Source: an uncultured Methanosarcinales archaeon
GTDB taxonomy: Archaea > Nanobdellota > Nanobdellia > Woesearchaeales > GW2011-AR15
DNA length: 64,000 nt
Assembly: GCA_964441565.1 (NCBI GenBank)
Contig: CAYTWW010000002.1
Span: 88,032-152,031 of the forward strand
Reading direction: 5' to 3'
The position numbers were made by a program, and so were the translations under genes. Below, piece by piece: positions 55,552-64,000 of this stretch. The notes under the pieces were generated by a model that ran no database searches, had not been told where the DNA came from, and saw only the letters and a program-made list of their open reading frames with translations. Positions within the stretch are counted from its first letter, which is position 1. Every line of letters starts with the position of its first letter.

Positions 55552-58023
55552 GTGAGCCAGCTAAGTCACATCATGGTCTCTTCTCTCGAGAAGAACTCAA
55601 GGAAGAACCTCGTCTCCCTCAAAGGCGATTTTGTCTACAGGAGATATTCCTATGGCTCCATCCTGGAACTCTCAAAGAAGTTCTCGAAGTTCCTCGAACA
55701 GAATGGGATCAGGAAAGGGGACAGAATCTGCATATGTTCATACAACTGCCCGCAGTATTTCTTTGTGATGCTGGGTGCGATGTTCTCGGGTGTGATCATT
55801 GTGCCTGTCGATTTCGCTACATCTGACCAGTTGACCGGTACCTTCATGAAGCTCACTAGGTGCAGGATGCTGATCACAAGCATCAAGAAATCCATCAGCA
55901 CATCAGTGCCTACGTTCTATGTCGAGGAGCTTGAAGAGATGCTATCGCCTCTCACAAAGAAAGAGCCTGTCCATGTCGGAGATGACCACCTGGTAGAGAT
56001 CCTCTTCACATCAGGGACCACCGGAGATCCGAAAGGAGTGATGCTCACACATGATAACATCTGCTCGAACATGATGTCCGCGCTCTCTGTCTTCAAGGTA
56101 TATAGGACCGAGAAGCTGCTCTCCCTCATTCCGCTCTCCCATATGCTCGAACAATGCACAGGCTTCTTCGGCGTGATATTCGCCGGAGCTGAGACGACAC
56201 AACTGAGGTCGAGGAGGCCAAGCGAGATCCTCAAGGTCATACGCTATGAGAGGACCACGATGATAGTGGCTGTCCCGGCATTCTACAATCTCTTCAAGCG
56301 GAAGATCGAGGAGAAGGCAGAGAAATCAGGCAAACTGCAAGACCTGAGAACCCTTCTTACACTGGCTCAGAAGCTTCCAATGCCTGCCAGGAGGCTCCTA
56401 TTCAGGAAGCTGCACAGCACATTCGGAGGAAAGCTCAGGTGCGTAGTGAGCGGCGGAGCATCCCTCCCTCCTGAGACTGAGCTCTTCTGGGACAGGATAG
56501 GGATCCCAGTCATAAACGGCTACGGCTTGACCGAGACAAGCCCGATACTATCGATAAACACCCTTGGGCAGAGGAGATTCGGAAGCGTTGGCAAGCCTAT
56601 ACCAGGTGTACGTCTGCGCGTCTCTGAGGAAGGCGAGATCCTTGCCAGAGGACCAAACATCACGCAAGGCTATTACCTGAATCCAAAGGCGACCTCCTCG
56701 CTCCTGCAGAAAGGATGGCTGCACACAGGCGACTGCGGTGAGATAGACAAGCAAGGTTATGTCTACATCAAAGGGAGGATAAAGAACATGATCCTGAAGG
56801 CCAACGGGCTCAATGTCTACCCTGAGGATATAGAGTTGCTGCTCGACAGCCACCCCTTGGTGAAGGAATCATGCGTGCTGGGCATCGAGAAGGGGACAGA
56901 TGTGATCATAACAGCCATCTTGATCACAAGAGGTATGTCTTCGAACAGCGACCTGAAGGAGATGATAGACAGCATAAACAAGAAGCTTGAGCAGCATCAG
57001 CAGATACAGGATTTCTGCGTCTGGCCAAGACCTGATTTCCCAAAGACTCATACCATGAAGATAAAGAGGCTCCTTGTGGCATCCCAGCTGCAGAGATGCG
57101 AGGCTGGCATCGAAAGCTCTGATGAGCTGTCCTCGATCCTTTCAGAACTATCTCATAAGGATCATATCAAGGACGAGCACCTCCTTTATTCTGACCTGGG
57201 ATTCGACTCTCTGAAGACTATCGAGCTATCCACATTGATTGAGGAGAAGCTCGCTGTCGATATCGATGAGGCGATGATAGATGCAAAGACGACTGTGCGG
57301 TCGCTGAAGGAGATCATCAGCAGATCCGAGCCGAGTAGCGAGCTCCCTGTCTCACGTCTCATGTTCTCCCCGGTCTTCAAGCCATTCAAGCTGATACTGC
57401 CTGAGATAGCTTATCTTGTCACTTCACGGTTCTTCTCAAGCTTCAGGATTGAGGGCAGGGAGAATCTCTCAGATGTGAAAGGTCCTGTCATAATCATAAC
57501 CAACCATACAAGCCATCTTGATATCCCTACGATCACAAAGCACCTGCCGTTCCATCTCAGGACAAAGATGGCGACTGCTGCAGCAGCTGACTATTTCTTT
57601 GTCCAGGATGGAAAGCTTATATCAAGAGCTGTGGCCTTCATGTTCAACCATCTCCTCGGCGCCTTCCCTATGTCAAGGGACAAGAAAGCCCTGCGCCGGA
57701 CATCTCTGAGAAAAAGCCTGGAATTCATAGGCGAGATAGCTGACAAGGGATGGTCGCTTGCCATAGCTCCTGAAGGGACCAGGAGCAGGACAGGCAAGAT
57801 GGGGCACTTCAAGAACGGGATCGGGATCATCGTGAAAGAGACAGGCTATCCTGTCATCCCCGTGAAGGTCAAGGGCCTGTTTGACATCATGCCGCCAAAG
57901 ACCCATTTTCCGAGGAAAAGAGGCCCGGTCGAGATAGTCATAGGGAAACCTGTCAGGTTCTCAAGCACAGACAGTCCTGTGATGATAACAAGAGAACTCG
58001 AAAGCATAGTGAGGAAGCTATGA
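55552..58023 (+). CDS. Tri-domain fusion: fatty-acyl-AMP/CoA ligase (AMP-binding) - acyl carrier protein - 1-acyl-sn-glycerol-3-phosphate acyltransferase (PlsC/LPLAT)
   Basis: 823 aa. AMP-binding core FTSGTTGDPKGVMLTH, then GYGLTETS. The ACP-like segment LLYSDLGFDSLKTIELSTLIEEKL carries the DSL phosphopantetheine site. The C-terminal acyltransferase has NHTSHLDIP (HxxxxD) and APEGTRS. Confidence 0.85.
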   Translation: MSQLSHIMVSSLEKNSRKNLVSLKGDFVYRRYSYGSILELSKKFSKFLEQNGIRKGDRICICSYNCPQYFFVMLGAMFSGVIIVPVDFATSDQLTGTFMKLTRCRMLITSIKKSISTSVPTFYVEELEEMLSPLTKKEPVHVGDDHLVEILFTSGTTGDPKGVMLTHDNICSNMMSALSVFKVYRTEKLLSLIPLSHMLEQCTGFFGVIFAGAETTQLRSRRPSEILKVIRYERTTMIVAVPAFYNLFKRKIEEKAEKSGKLQDLRTLLTLAQKLPMPARRLLFRKLHSTFGGKLRCVVSGGASLPPETELFWDRIGIPVINGYGLTETSPILSINTLGQRRFGSVGKPIPGVRLRVSEEGEILARGPNITQGYYLNPKATSSLLQKGWLHTGDCGEIDKQGYVYIKGRIKNMILKANGLNVYPEDIELLLDSHPLVKESCVLGIEKGTDVIITAILITRGMSSNSDLKEMIDSINKKLEQHQQIQDFCVWPRPDFPKTHTMKIKRLLVASQLQRCEAGIESSDELSSILSELSHKDHIKDEHLLYSDLGFDSLKTIELSTLIEEKLAVDIDEAMIDAKTTVRSLKEIISRSEPSSELPVSRLMFSPVFKPFKLILPEIAYLVTSRFFSSFRIEGRENLSDVKGPVIIITNHTSHLDIPTITKHLPFHLRTKMATAAAADYFFVQDGKLISRAVAFMFNHLLGAFPMSRDKKALRRTSLRKSLEFIGEIADKGWSLAIAPEGTRSRTGKMGHFKNGIGIIVKETGYPVIPVKVKGLFDIMPPKTHFPRKRGPVEIVIGKPVRFSSTDSPVMITRELESIVRKL

Positions 58024-58331
58024 GGGCCGGTATCGACATAGTCCACATCCCAAGGATCAAGGCAATGCTTGATGATCCAGAGCTTCTCGGGAGGACATTC
58101 ACGCATTCTGAGCTCAGGGACAAGCGGCCTGAGCATCTTGCTGGCATCTTCGCAGCCAAGGAAGCCTTTCTCAAGGCTTCTCAGGTCAAGGTATCCAGAT
58201 GGGATGAGATCGAGATAGGATCAAAAGGCAAGCCAAGGATCATCCATAGCTTCGCAGATAGATGCAAAAGTATCGACCTCAGCATATCCCATGACGGAGA
58301 CTATGCTGTGGCTATAGTCATCATTCCTTAG
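58020..58331 (+). CDS. acpS: Holo-[acyl-carrier-protein] synthase (AcpS-type 4'-phosphopantetheinyl transferase)
   Basis: 103 aa. MRAGIDIVHIPRI ... FAAKEAFLKA ... ISHDGDYAVAIVI is typical of AcpS. ATGA overlap with the upstream ACP-containing fusion. Confidence 0.8.
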   Translation: MRAGIDIVHIPRIKAMLDDPELLGRTFTHSELRDKRPEHLAGIFAAKEAFLKASQVKVSRWDEIEIGSKGKPRIIHSFADRCKSIDLSISHDGDYAVAIVIIP

Positions 58332-58339
58332 CCAAAGTG

Positions 58340-59017
58340 TCAGAATAATCCCTTTATCCCCCATAGCAACCAGTTCCTCCAGAAGTAGAAGAAAGACAGG
58401 GGACTGCCCTCGATCCTTGCCACCACATACTGCGCATACAATCGGGGGCTGATCATGTGCTTCTCATTCGATGGGATCTTGTAGTTCTTATGGAAATCCG
58501 TCATCAGCCTGTACGGATGGAAGATGATGACTCTCCCCTCGACCTCTTTCATTATGCTCTTGAGATAGCCCTCGACCGCATGTTTGGATGCGCAGTAGAG
58601 TGAGTAATGCTTGGCAGGGAAGAGTCCTGCCATCGAGCTTATGACTGCAAGAGTTGCATGTGGATTGTTCTTGTAGAGTTCCTTAGAGGTCAGGAATACA
58701 GATCTGGTATTGATATCAAAGATCCTGTCCCATTCTTCTGCAGAATATTCAAGGAAAGGTTTCCTGTCATTGTATCCAGCGCTGTGCAGCAGCAGGTCGA
58801 TTGTGCCAAGTTCCCTCCGTGATTCCCTGAGCAGCGCCTTCACCTGCTTCTCATCAGTGATATCTGCAGAAAAGGATTTTGACCCCAGTTCCTTCCCAAG
58901 CATTGCGAGGGCTGGCTTGTCCCTCCCCGAGAGAAATATCTTGTGCCCTTTTCGCTTCAGCAGCCTCGCGACCTCTGCTCCCAGTCCACCTGTCGCTCCG
59001 ATTATAAGCGCATTCAT
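58340..59017 (-). CDS. Short-chain dehydrogenase/reductase (SDR; FabG-like ketoreductase)
   Basis: Start re-chosen at MNALIIGATGGLGAEVARLL (TGxxxGxG Rossmann motif). Catalytic YxxxK region (YCASKHAV) and the NNAG-equivalent region (HSAG) are present. Confidence 0.8.
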   Translation of the reverse strand: MNALIIGATGGLGAEVARLLKRKGHKIFLSGRDKPALAMLGKELGSKSFSADITDEKQVKALLRESRRELGTIDLLLHSAGYNDRKPFLEYSAEEWDRIFDINTRSVFLTSKELYKNNPHATLAVISSMAGLFPAKHYSLYCASKHAVEGYLKSIMKEVEGRVIIFHPYRLMTDFHKNYKIPSNEKHMISPRLYAQYVVARIEGSPLSFFYFWRNWLLWGIKGLF

Positions 59018-59018
59018 C

Positions 59019-59057
59019 TCACATATCCAGGGGCATTCGGGCTCCCGCCGCCATGCC
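59019..59057. repeat. 38/39-bp direct repeat, copy A (tcacatatccaggggcattcgggctcccgccgccatgcc), left border of the AT-rich insertion
   Basis: Matches 59679-59716 with 3 mismatches and 1 indel. Copy A sits 1 nt upstream of the SDR ATG. Copy B encodes the last 12 codons plus stop of the DUF87 ATPase. Confidence 0.7.
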
Positions 59058-59678
59058 CACAAACTCCCGATCAATTTAGTAGGATTATCCTTCGGAACTT
59101 TCCTTGGGAACAACTTTTAAGCACCTTGTATCACCAGTATTTACTATTTCATTATGCTTGACATACATGTTTCTGTGAAATTGTCTTTCTCGATAATGTC
59201 TTTTTCAGGAGAAAAACAGTAGTAGTTGTGCTTAAAAAATCCATTATCAAGGTTAAATTCAATTTTATCCTGGTCAACAGTGTTACAAAAATCCAGATTA
59301 TTTGTTTCTTTTGCCTGCAGAAATTGTCTGTTAAAGACACCCCCGCAGCTGTCATAGACAAACGGATTGTCAAAGATAAAACTAAACAGGACCAAAATAT
59401 CAATTAATATGGTGATAGCGAACAACGCATCTAAAATATAAAGACTCATATTTCTTCTTTTCCTAGCCTGATAATAAAAGAAAGAAAGCAGACATGTGCA
59501 TAATAGCCAGATAATGGATAGCGATGCAAAATAGAGGATTTGGTTTTCGGTAATAATTTTGTAGATTAGATCGATAAATAATCTAGTGGGAACATAACTT
59601 ATCGGAATAAAAAATACAAAAAGCATGAATTTTTTTACAAAAACATGATTCTCCATGGTTTTTTCTCGCACAGGCATA
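59058..59678. mobile_element. About 0.62-kb AT-rich insertion (roughly 32% GC versus about 49% for the surroundings) bounded by the 38-bp direct repeats; carries one membrane-protein gene
   Basis: There is a sharp compositional drop between the repeats. Removing the segment and one repeat copy would place the ATPase stop 1-2 nt from the SDR start, the tight packing seen elsewhere in this window. Confidence 0.5.
59144..59677 (-). CDS. Membrane protein encoded within the AT-rich insertion, hypothetical
   Basis: 177 aa, three predicted TM helices, then an Asn/Asp/Phe-rich soluble domain. Its AT-rich codon usage is atypical for this window. Confidence 0.5.
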   Translation of the reverse strand: MPVREKTMENHVFVKKFMLFVFFIPISYVPTRLFIDLIYKIITENQILYFASLSIIWLLCTCLLSFFYYQARKRRNMSLYILDALFAITILIDILVLFSFIFDNPFVYDSCGGVFNRQFLQAKETNNLDFCNTVDQDKIEFNLDNGFFKHNYYCFSPEKDIIEKDNFTETCMSSIMK

Positions 59679-59716
59679 TCACATATTCAGGGCATTGGGG
59701 CTCCCGCCACCATGCC
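59679..59716. repeat. 38-bp direct repeat, copy B (tcacatattcagggcattggggctcccgccaccatgcc), right border of the AT-rich insertion
   Basis: See copy A; overlaps the ATPase 3' end (…WHGGGSPNALNM-stop). Confidence 0.7.
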
Positions 59717-61016
59717 AGCTGACCCTTGGCCTAATCCTTATCTCGTGGATCGATTCGTTCATATCATCAAAGACAATCGCTGTGCCTTTCAGCCTTGGAA
59801 GGTCTTCCATCGCTTCCATGATACCGTCCCTGTTGTAGCTCTGCGCAAGCAGCATCAGCGCCTGCACATCGATATCCGCGGTGACCCTGTGGGAAAGAAC
59901 AGTATCTGACTGTGTCATCACATCTGTATGTATCTTGCCTGGCTGCTGGGTCGCGAGTATAAGCGATATGCCTGGCTGCCTTCCCTCTCTCATTATGATC
60001 TTGAGCGGCTCAGTGGCCGCATTCTTGTCCTTCTCGTCCCTCGGAAGGAACTCATGCGCCTCGTCGATTATCAACCACACAAGAGGCATCTTCTTTGCCT
60101 TCTCAGGATTCTTGATAGCATGGTTATCGCCGCTCATCCATCCCTTCTCTTTGTTGATGTGCTGGAATTCCTCATCCTTTCTGGAGAGCATCCTTGATAT
60201 GAATAGATGCTTGGCCACAAGCCCAAGCACCATCGCTTTCACATCCCATCCTGAAGGAAGCGTAGCATAGCAGCTGACATCGAGTATCGAGATCTGTCCA
60301 GGAGCAGCGAGGAAATCTAGCTCGGTAGTCTCCTCTGAGAAGACACCCCAGCTGTCTGCGAGCCTGAACATGGCGACTGCTTCCATCCTCTCTTCCAAGG
60401 GGAACTCATCATTCTTCTTCAGAGCCTCCTCGATATCCTTGATGTCATAGTCTTTCTTCGTGTCCTTCAGCATCTGGATAGTGTCGTTTATCATGACACC
60501 TATTCCTGAGAACTTCTTCTGCTTGAATGCCTCAAGCCAGTCATCTGCATCAAGGTCTGATGGCTTGATCGAGAACGGAAAGTCAGTGGGGATGCCTTTC
60601 TTCTTGTATTCCTCATAGAACTTGCATGGCGTGAATATCCTTACATTCACCCCTTGCGGCTTGAGCCCAAGCTCTGCCAAGCCTTTCTCCTCGTCGACAT
60701 TAGGCATCTTCATTGTCCAGTAGACACCCATCGTGTCGATCAGGATTATCGAAACATTTTCCTTGATCTCATCCTTCATCAGCGAGAACCCTTCTGCCAC
60801 GACACCCATCGTATATGATTTTCCGCTTCCCCGCTTGCCGAATATAGAAAGGACGTGGCTTCCTGAGACATCCAGGTAGACAGGATTGCAGAGCTTTGTT
60901 GAGTATGCATCCACCTCCTGGTATTTGTTCCCTACATAGATGCATCCGAGAGTCCCGTACCTCTTCGCATCTCCGGCGCTCCTCCCGATTATCAGGGGAG
61001 TCTCTGTGTCTATCAT
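59679..61016 (-). CDS. HerA/DUF87-family P-loop ATPase (second copy in window, 445 aa)
   Basis: Walker A IFGKRGSGKSYTMGVVAEG. Walker B/DEAH-like LVWLIIDEAHEFLP. ATQQPGKI corresponds to the TQRP-type motif. Confidence 0.75.
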   Translation of the reverse strand: MIDTETPLIIGRSAGDAKRYGTLGCIYVGNKYQEVDAYSTKLCNPVYLDVSGSHVLSIFGKRGSGKSYTMGVVAEGFSLMKDEIKENVSIILIDTMGVYWTMKMPNVDEEKGLAELGLKPQGVNVRIFTPCKFYEEYKKKGIPTDFPFSIKPSDLDADDWLEAFKQKKFSGIGVMINDTIQMLKDTKKDYDIKDIEEALKKNDEFPLEERMEAVAMFRLADSWGVFSEETTELDFLAAPGQISILDVSCYATLPSGWDVKAMVLGLVAKHLFISRMLSRKDEEFQHINKEKGWMSGDNHAIKNPEKAKKMPLVWLIIDEAHEFLPRDEKDKNAATEPLKIIMREGRQPGISLILATQQPGKIHTDVMTQSDTVLSHRVTADIDVQALMLLAQSYNRDGIMEAMEDLPRLKGTAIVFDDMNESIHEIRIRPRVSWHGGGSPNALNM

Positions 61017-61097
61017 GCTGAGAAATGTTAAAAATCCTGAGTTAATAAAGGTTTTCAGAAGATAAGTTTATCATATACATTTTTTTTACCTTCGTCC

Positions 61098-61523
61098 ATG
61101 CGAATCATAAAAGCAGATCACGACATCAGCGCATTTGAGAAGAGGCTGTGGAAGGAGTTCTGGGAGGAAAACAAGAGGACCCAGGACTACAGGAAGATGA
61201 AGTTCCTCATAAAAGAAGAAGATGCAGACATCGGCTACATCCACTTGATCATATCCGGAGGGACGATGAAGGTGGAAGATATAATCGTCGATAAGAAGTC
61301 CAGAGGGAACAAGATAGGCCACAGGATAATGGAGTTCATCTATGATCTGGCGAAGGCTCAGATGTGTCATAAGATACGGCTTGAGACTTCAAAGGAATTC
61401 ATGCCTGTCGCATTCGAGTTATACAGGAAGCATGGCTTCATGATCGAAGGCAACCTCAAGGATGACATGCATGGAAAGGATTGGGTTGTGATGAGCAGAC
61501 AGTTGGTAAGAAAGATAGAATAA
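61098..61523 (+). CDS. GNAT-family N-acetyltransferase
   Basis: 141 aa. Acetyl-CoA-binding motif region VDKKSRGNKIGHRIMEFI (Q/RxxGxG/A-like) and C-terminal YRKHGF. Confidence 0.75.
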   Translation: MRIIKADHDISAFEKRLWKEFWEENKRTQDYRKMKFLIKEEDADIGYIHLIISGGTMKVEDIIVDKKSRGNKIGHRIMEFIYDLAKAQMCHKIRLETSKEFMPVAFELYRKHGFMIEGNLKDDMHGKDWVVMSRQLVRKIE

Positions 61524-61541
61524 AGGAAAAAACTAGAAGGG

Positions 61542-64000
61542 CTAATCTTTTCTCCTACGTCTTCTGTAGAACAGGAAGATCAGGCCACCCAATACCAGGA
61601 TCGCTACGATTGCCATCCAGACATTGCTGTTCTCATCCTGCGCTTCAGTCTCGATCTGATCCTCAGGCTGCAGTGCAGCATTGCCTGTGACTGCCTCGGA
61701 TATCTCAGCCTGGCATGGCTGCTCCTGATTTGGCCTTGACGATGTGGTGCCGCATGCGTTGGAATCAGTGCAATCCCTTGTCTGCATCCCATCTGAGCAT
61801 CCAGACCATTGGCCGCAGTTCCATTCCTCGACACAGGAGCAGTTCTGGATCTCAGCAGGTCTTCCATATGTACTTCCGCAGTTCACATCAGTGCAGCTCC
61901 TGGTCTGTGACCCGCCTACGCAGCTGCTCCACTCAGTGCACGTCCAGTTCGAATAGCAGTTGTCTCTTCTCAGATCCCAGCTTCTGCCAGAAGAAGAACT
62001 GATAGTCTCAGGAATAGTCCCTCTTACTGCAGAATGTGTCAGGTTCTCTATCCTTATCGTTGCTCCCTCATCTACGCAGACAATCCCGTTGCTTGTCAGG
62101 CTGCCTCCAAGACATGATGTCATATCAGTCTCGCTTGCTCCATCGCAACCATCGCTCATCTGGTTTATAGATGCAATTTCGCTGTCCTTGACACATAGTC
62201 CGATGAAACCATTGTCAGATATATAGATCGTCTTCTTCTTGCCTGCCTGCAACTGGCCAGAGAGATTGACTATCATGGAATTCTCACCTTTGATTACCTT
62301 GATCCTGCTGAGATCAAGCACATCATCTGTGAAATCATGCGAGAAGTTCAACATGAGATCCGACGAATCATAGAGCCTGATCTCGTATTCTCCAGAATAG
62401 TAGATTCCTGATGCATTCCCTTCTCCCACCCCGATAGCCAGATCGCTGACACCTGGAGCAGGAACATCATCCTCGTCAAACCACAGCCTGTCTGTATTGT
62501 CAGGCAAGACGTCATTATCGCTGTCAGCCATTATCTCGAAGAATTTGCTGCTGCTCTGCTTGGTCTCATTCGACACATTATCATAGCATTCGACAGACCA
62601 CTCATAGCTTCCGCTTGACAGTGTCTGTTCAAATGAAAGTACAATACCCTCCTCAGGTGAATCTACGGTCTGGTTGAGCACTGAGTCTATGTAAAGCGAG
62701 CAGTTCGGGGCAGTCCCATTATAGTAGATGTATGTGAAGTTGATATCTGTGCTGAATGTCTGGTTGCTGTTCTCTGGACTATATAGCTTGATCGTGAATT
62801 CAGGCCTGTCACCGTACACCTCGAAATCATCTACATCAGTCTCATTCACATTTCCTGCATCATCGAACAGGTAGAACCTGTATGACCAGTTGCCTGTCAC
62901 TCCATTCTTTGCCACTATTATCGGCTCAGTGATGTCAGTGATGACTTGCCTGGTATCATTCACCCAGCTGCCGCTCATGTTAGTCGAAAAGATATAGCTC
63001 TCTGTGAAGTTGTAGGATGCAAGATTATCAGAGACCTTGATCCTGAAGTATATCTCCTCTTCGCTGTAGACAGGACCATAGTGCTGCTGCTCAGAGTAGC
63101 CAGGCGCATCATTGTCGACAATGATATAGAGCCTGTCTGAATCCCTGGTGTTGTTGCTTGGTGTTGCACGATCTGTGATGTACACCGGAAGCTGGTAGTT
63201 GCCTGTCTCACTCTGCGTGACTGTGATATTGGTGCTCCAGGAACCCCACTGGCCTGAGGCGTTGCTTCCTGATACATGCTCCATCGTAGCATTCGTTTCG
63301 CTGCCTGCATATGTGGTATCCACCATCACAATGCCTATCCCTGCATCCTCGTCAAGTGCAGCTATCGAAGCTGTGACAACCTGTCCACTCCGTACTGAGG
63401 ACTGTCCAGAAGGGTATGCTAGGATCAGGTCTTTTGATGAAGGTATGTTCCTGTCGATCATCAGGTGCACTGCTACAGACGCCTGGTTGTTCTTGGTGTC
63501 TTTAGCTGTCACATTGATAACATATCCATCAGAGTCGTCATACTCGGCTGTATCCCATAGGCACGCATACGGAGCAGTCGTATCCACACATAGTGTAGAG
63601 TAGGATTCTGTTGAATTCTTGATCCTGAAAGTGACACTTGATATCCCGCTCAGGTCAGAGGCAGACACAGATATCGTCGCATTCCCATTGGAATATGTGT
63701 TGTTGCCCGGGCTTGCTATCAGGACATTTGGTGGTGTAATATCGATATTGGTCGTCCTTGAGATATCGCTCGCATTGAATTGATGCAGCTTGTTGGAGAT
63801 GCCGACATATGCATAGCCGTTCGCCACAGCAGGCGAGTTCTGGAGCATTATATTGGACCTGTACATCGCGATCAATTGAGATATGTCAGAGGCATCAAGC
63901 TGATAGAATCTCCAATCATGGCTTGTGACATACACGAATCCGTCTGCTACAGCAGGTGAAGATGTTATGCCGCTGCCTGTCCGATATTCAGCGATCTTCT
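61542..64000 (-). CDS. Large N-glycosylation-sequon-rich surface protein with beta-propeller-like (PQQ/BamB-like) repeats, Cys-rich W-x-C-x-EWS-x-C repeats and a C-terminal TM anchor; N-terminus lies beyond window end
   Basis: The reading frame stays open upstream of the ORF-track Met to position 64000 (…ADGFVYVTSHDWRFY…). There are many N-x-S/T sequons. Repeats NWTCTEWSSC, EWNCGQWSGC and TRSCTD/TRDCTD are present. C-terminal VWMAIVAILVLGGLIFLFY is followed by RRRRRKD. Confidence 0.7.
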   Translation of the reverse strand, partial: KIAEYRTGSGITSSPAVADGFVYVTSHDWRFYQLDASDISQLIAMYRSNIMLQNSPAVANGYAYVGISNKLHQFNASDISRTTNIDITPPNVLIASPGNNTYSNGNATISVSASDLSGISSVTFRIKNSTESYSTLCVDTTAPYACLWDTAEYDDSDGYVINVTAKDTKNNQASVAVHLMIDRNIPSSKDLILAYPSGQSSVRSGQVVTASIAALDEDAGIGIVMVDTTYAGSETNATMEHVSGSNASGQWGSWSTNITVTQSETGNYQLPVYITDRATPSNNTRDSDRLYIIVDNDAPGYSEQQHYGPVYSEEEIYFRIKVSDNLASYNFTESYIFSTNMSGSWVNDTRQVITDITEPIIVAKNGVTGNWSYRFYLFDDAGNVNETDVDDFEVYGDRPEFTIKLYSPENSNQTFSTDINFTYIYYNGTAPNCSLYIDSVLNQTVDSPEEGIVLSFEQTLSSGSYEWSVECYDNVSNETKQSSSKFFEIMADSDNDVLPDNTDRLWFDEDDVPAPGVSDLAIGVGEGNASGIYYSGEYEIRLYDSSDLMLNFSHDFTDDVLDLSRIKVIKGENSMIVNLSGQLQAGKKKTIYISDNGFIGLCVKDSEIASINQMSDGCDGASETDMTSCLGGSLTSNGIVCVDEGATIRIENLTHSAVRGTIPETISSSSGRSWDLRRDNCYSNWTCTEWSSCVGGSQTRSCTDVNCGSTYGRPAEIQNCSCVEEWNCGQWSGCSDGMQTRDCTDSNACGTTSSRPNQEQPCQAEISEAVTGNAALQPEDQIETEAQDENSNVWMAIVAILVLGGLIFLFYRRRRRKD

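Overview
This window looks like an archaeal chromosomal segment: leaderless-style gene packing, e-type ribosomal proteins, SUI1 and an RNase P protein inside the ribosomal-protein cluster, and a tRNA with a canonical archaeal intron. GC content is about 48-50% (by eye), and the lineage cannot be named from sequence alone. Positions 1-14.9 kb (minus strand) carry a near-complete, contiguous ribosomal-protein/secY operon (L3-L4-L23-L2-S19-L22-S3-L29-SUI1-Rpp29-S17-L14-L24-S4e-L5-S14-S8-L6-L32e-L19e-L18-S5-L30-L15-SecY), followed by a methyltransferase and a truncated DUF106 (YidC-like) gene. Downstream of it, 15-64 kb, is an accessory-looking region containing: (i) secreted and surface proteins (a PLD-family nuclease and a 687-aa protein that both carry lamin-tail domains, a membrane-anchored Lon-like S16 peptidase, and a glycosylation-rich adhesin-like protein); (ii) topoisomerase IA; (iii) two HerA/DUF87-family ATPases, one in a tight pair with a 610-aa unknown protein and next to an HD protein resembling the RelA/SpoT hydrolase domain; (iv) an intron-containing tRNA-Leu(CAA) flanked by a duplicated copy of its own 3' end; (v) ScpB, TrpB, YggS and a TrpRS with an N-terminal B3/4 domain fusion; (vi) a bacterial-type lipid module (acyl-AMP ligase-ACP-PlsC triple fusion with AcpS and an SDR); and (vii) a 0.62-kb AT-rich insertion flanked by 38-bp direct repeats. 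The strongest unexplained signal is a conserved multi-block intergenic repeat of about 200-390 bp, present in at least four same-orientation copies (15.2, 21.0, 24.3 and 43.5 kb). Each copy carries conserved hairpins. No CRISPR array or rRNA gene was seen. All coordinates derived by hand from the sequence may be off by a few nt; CDS coordinates follow the supplied ORF track (stop codon included) with starts re-chosen where an internal Met plus neighbour geometry supports it.
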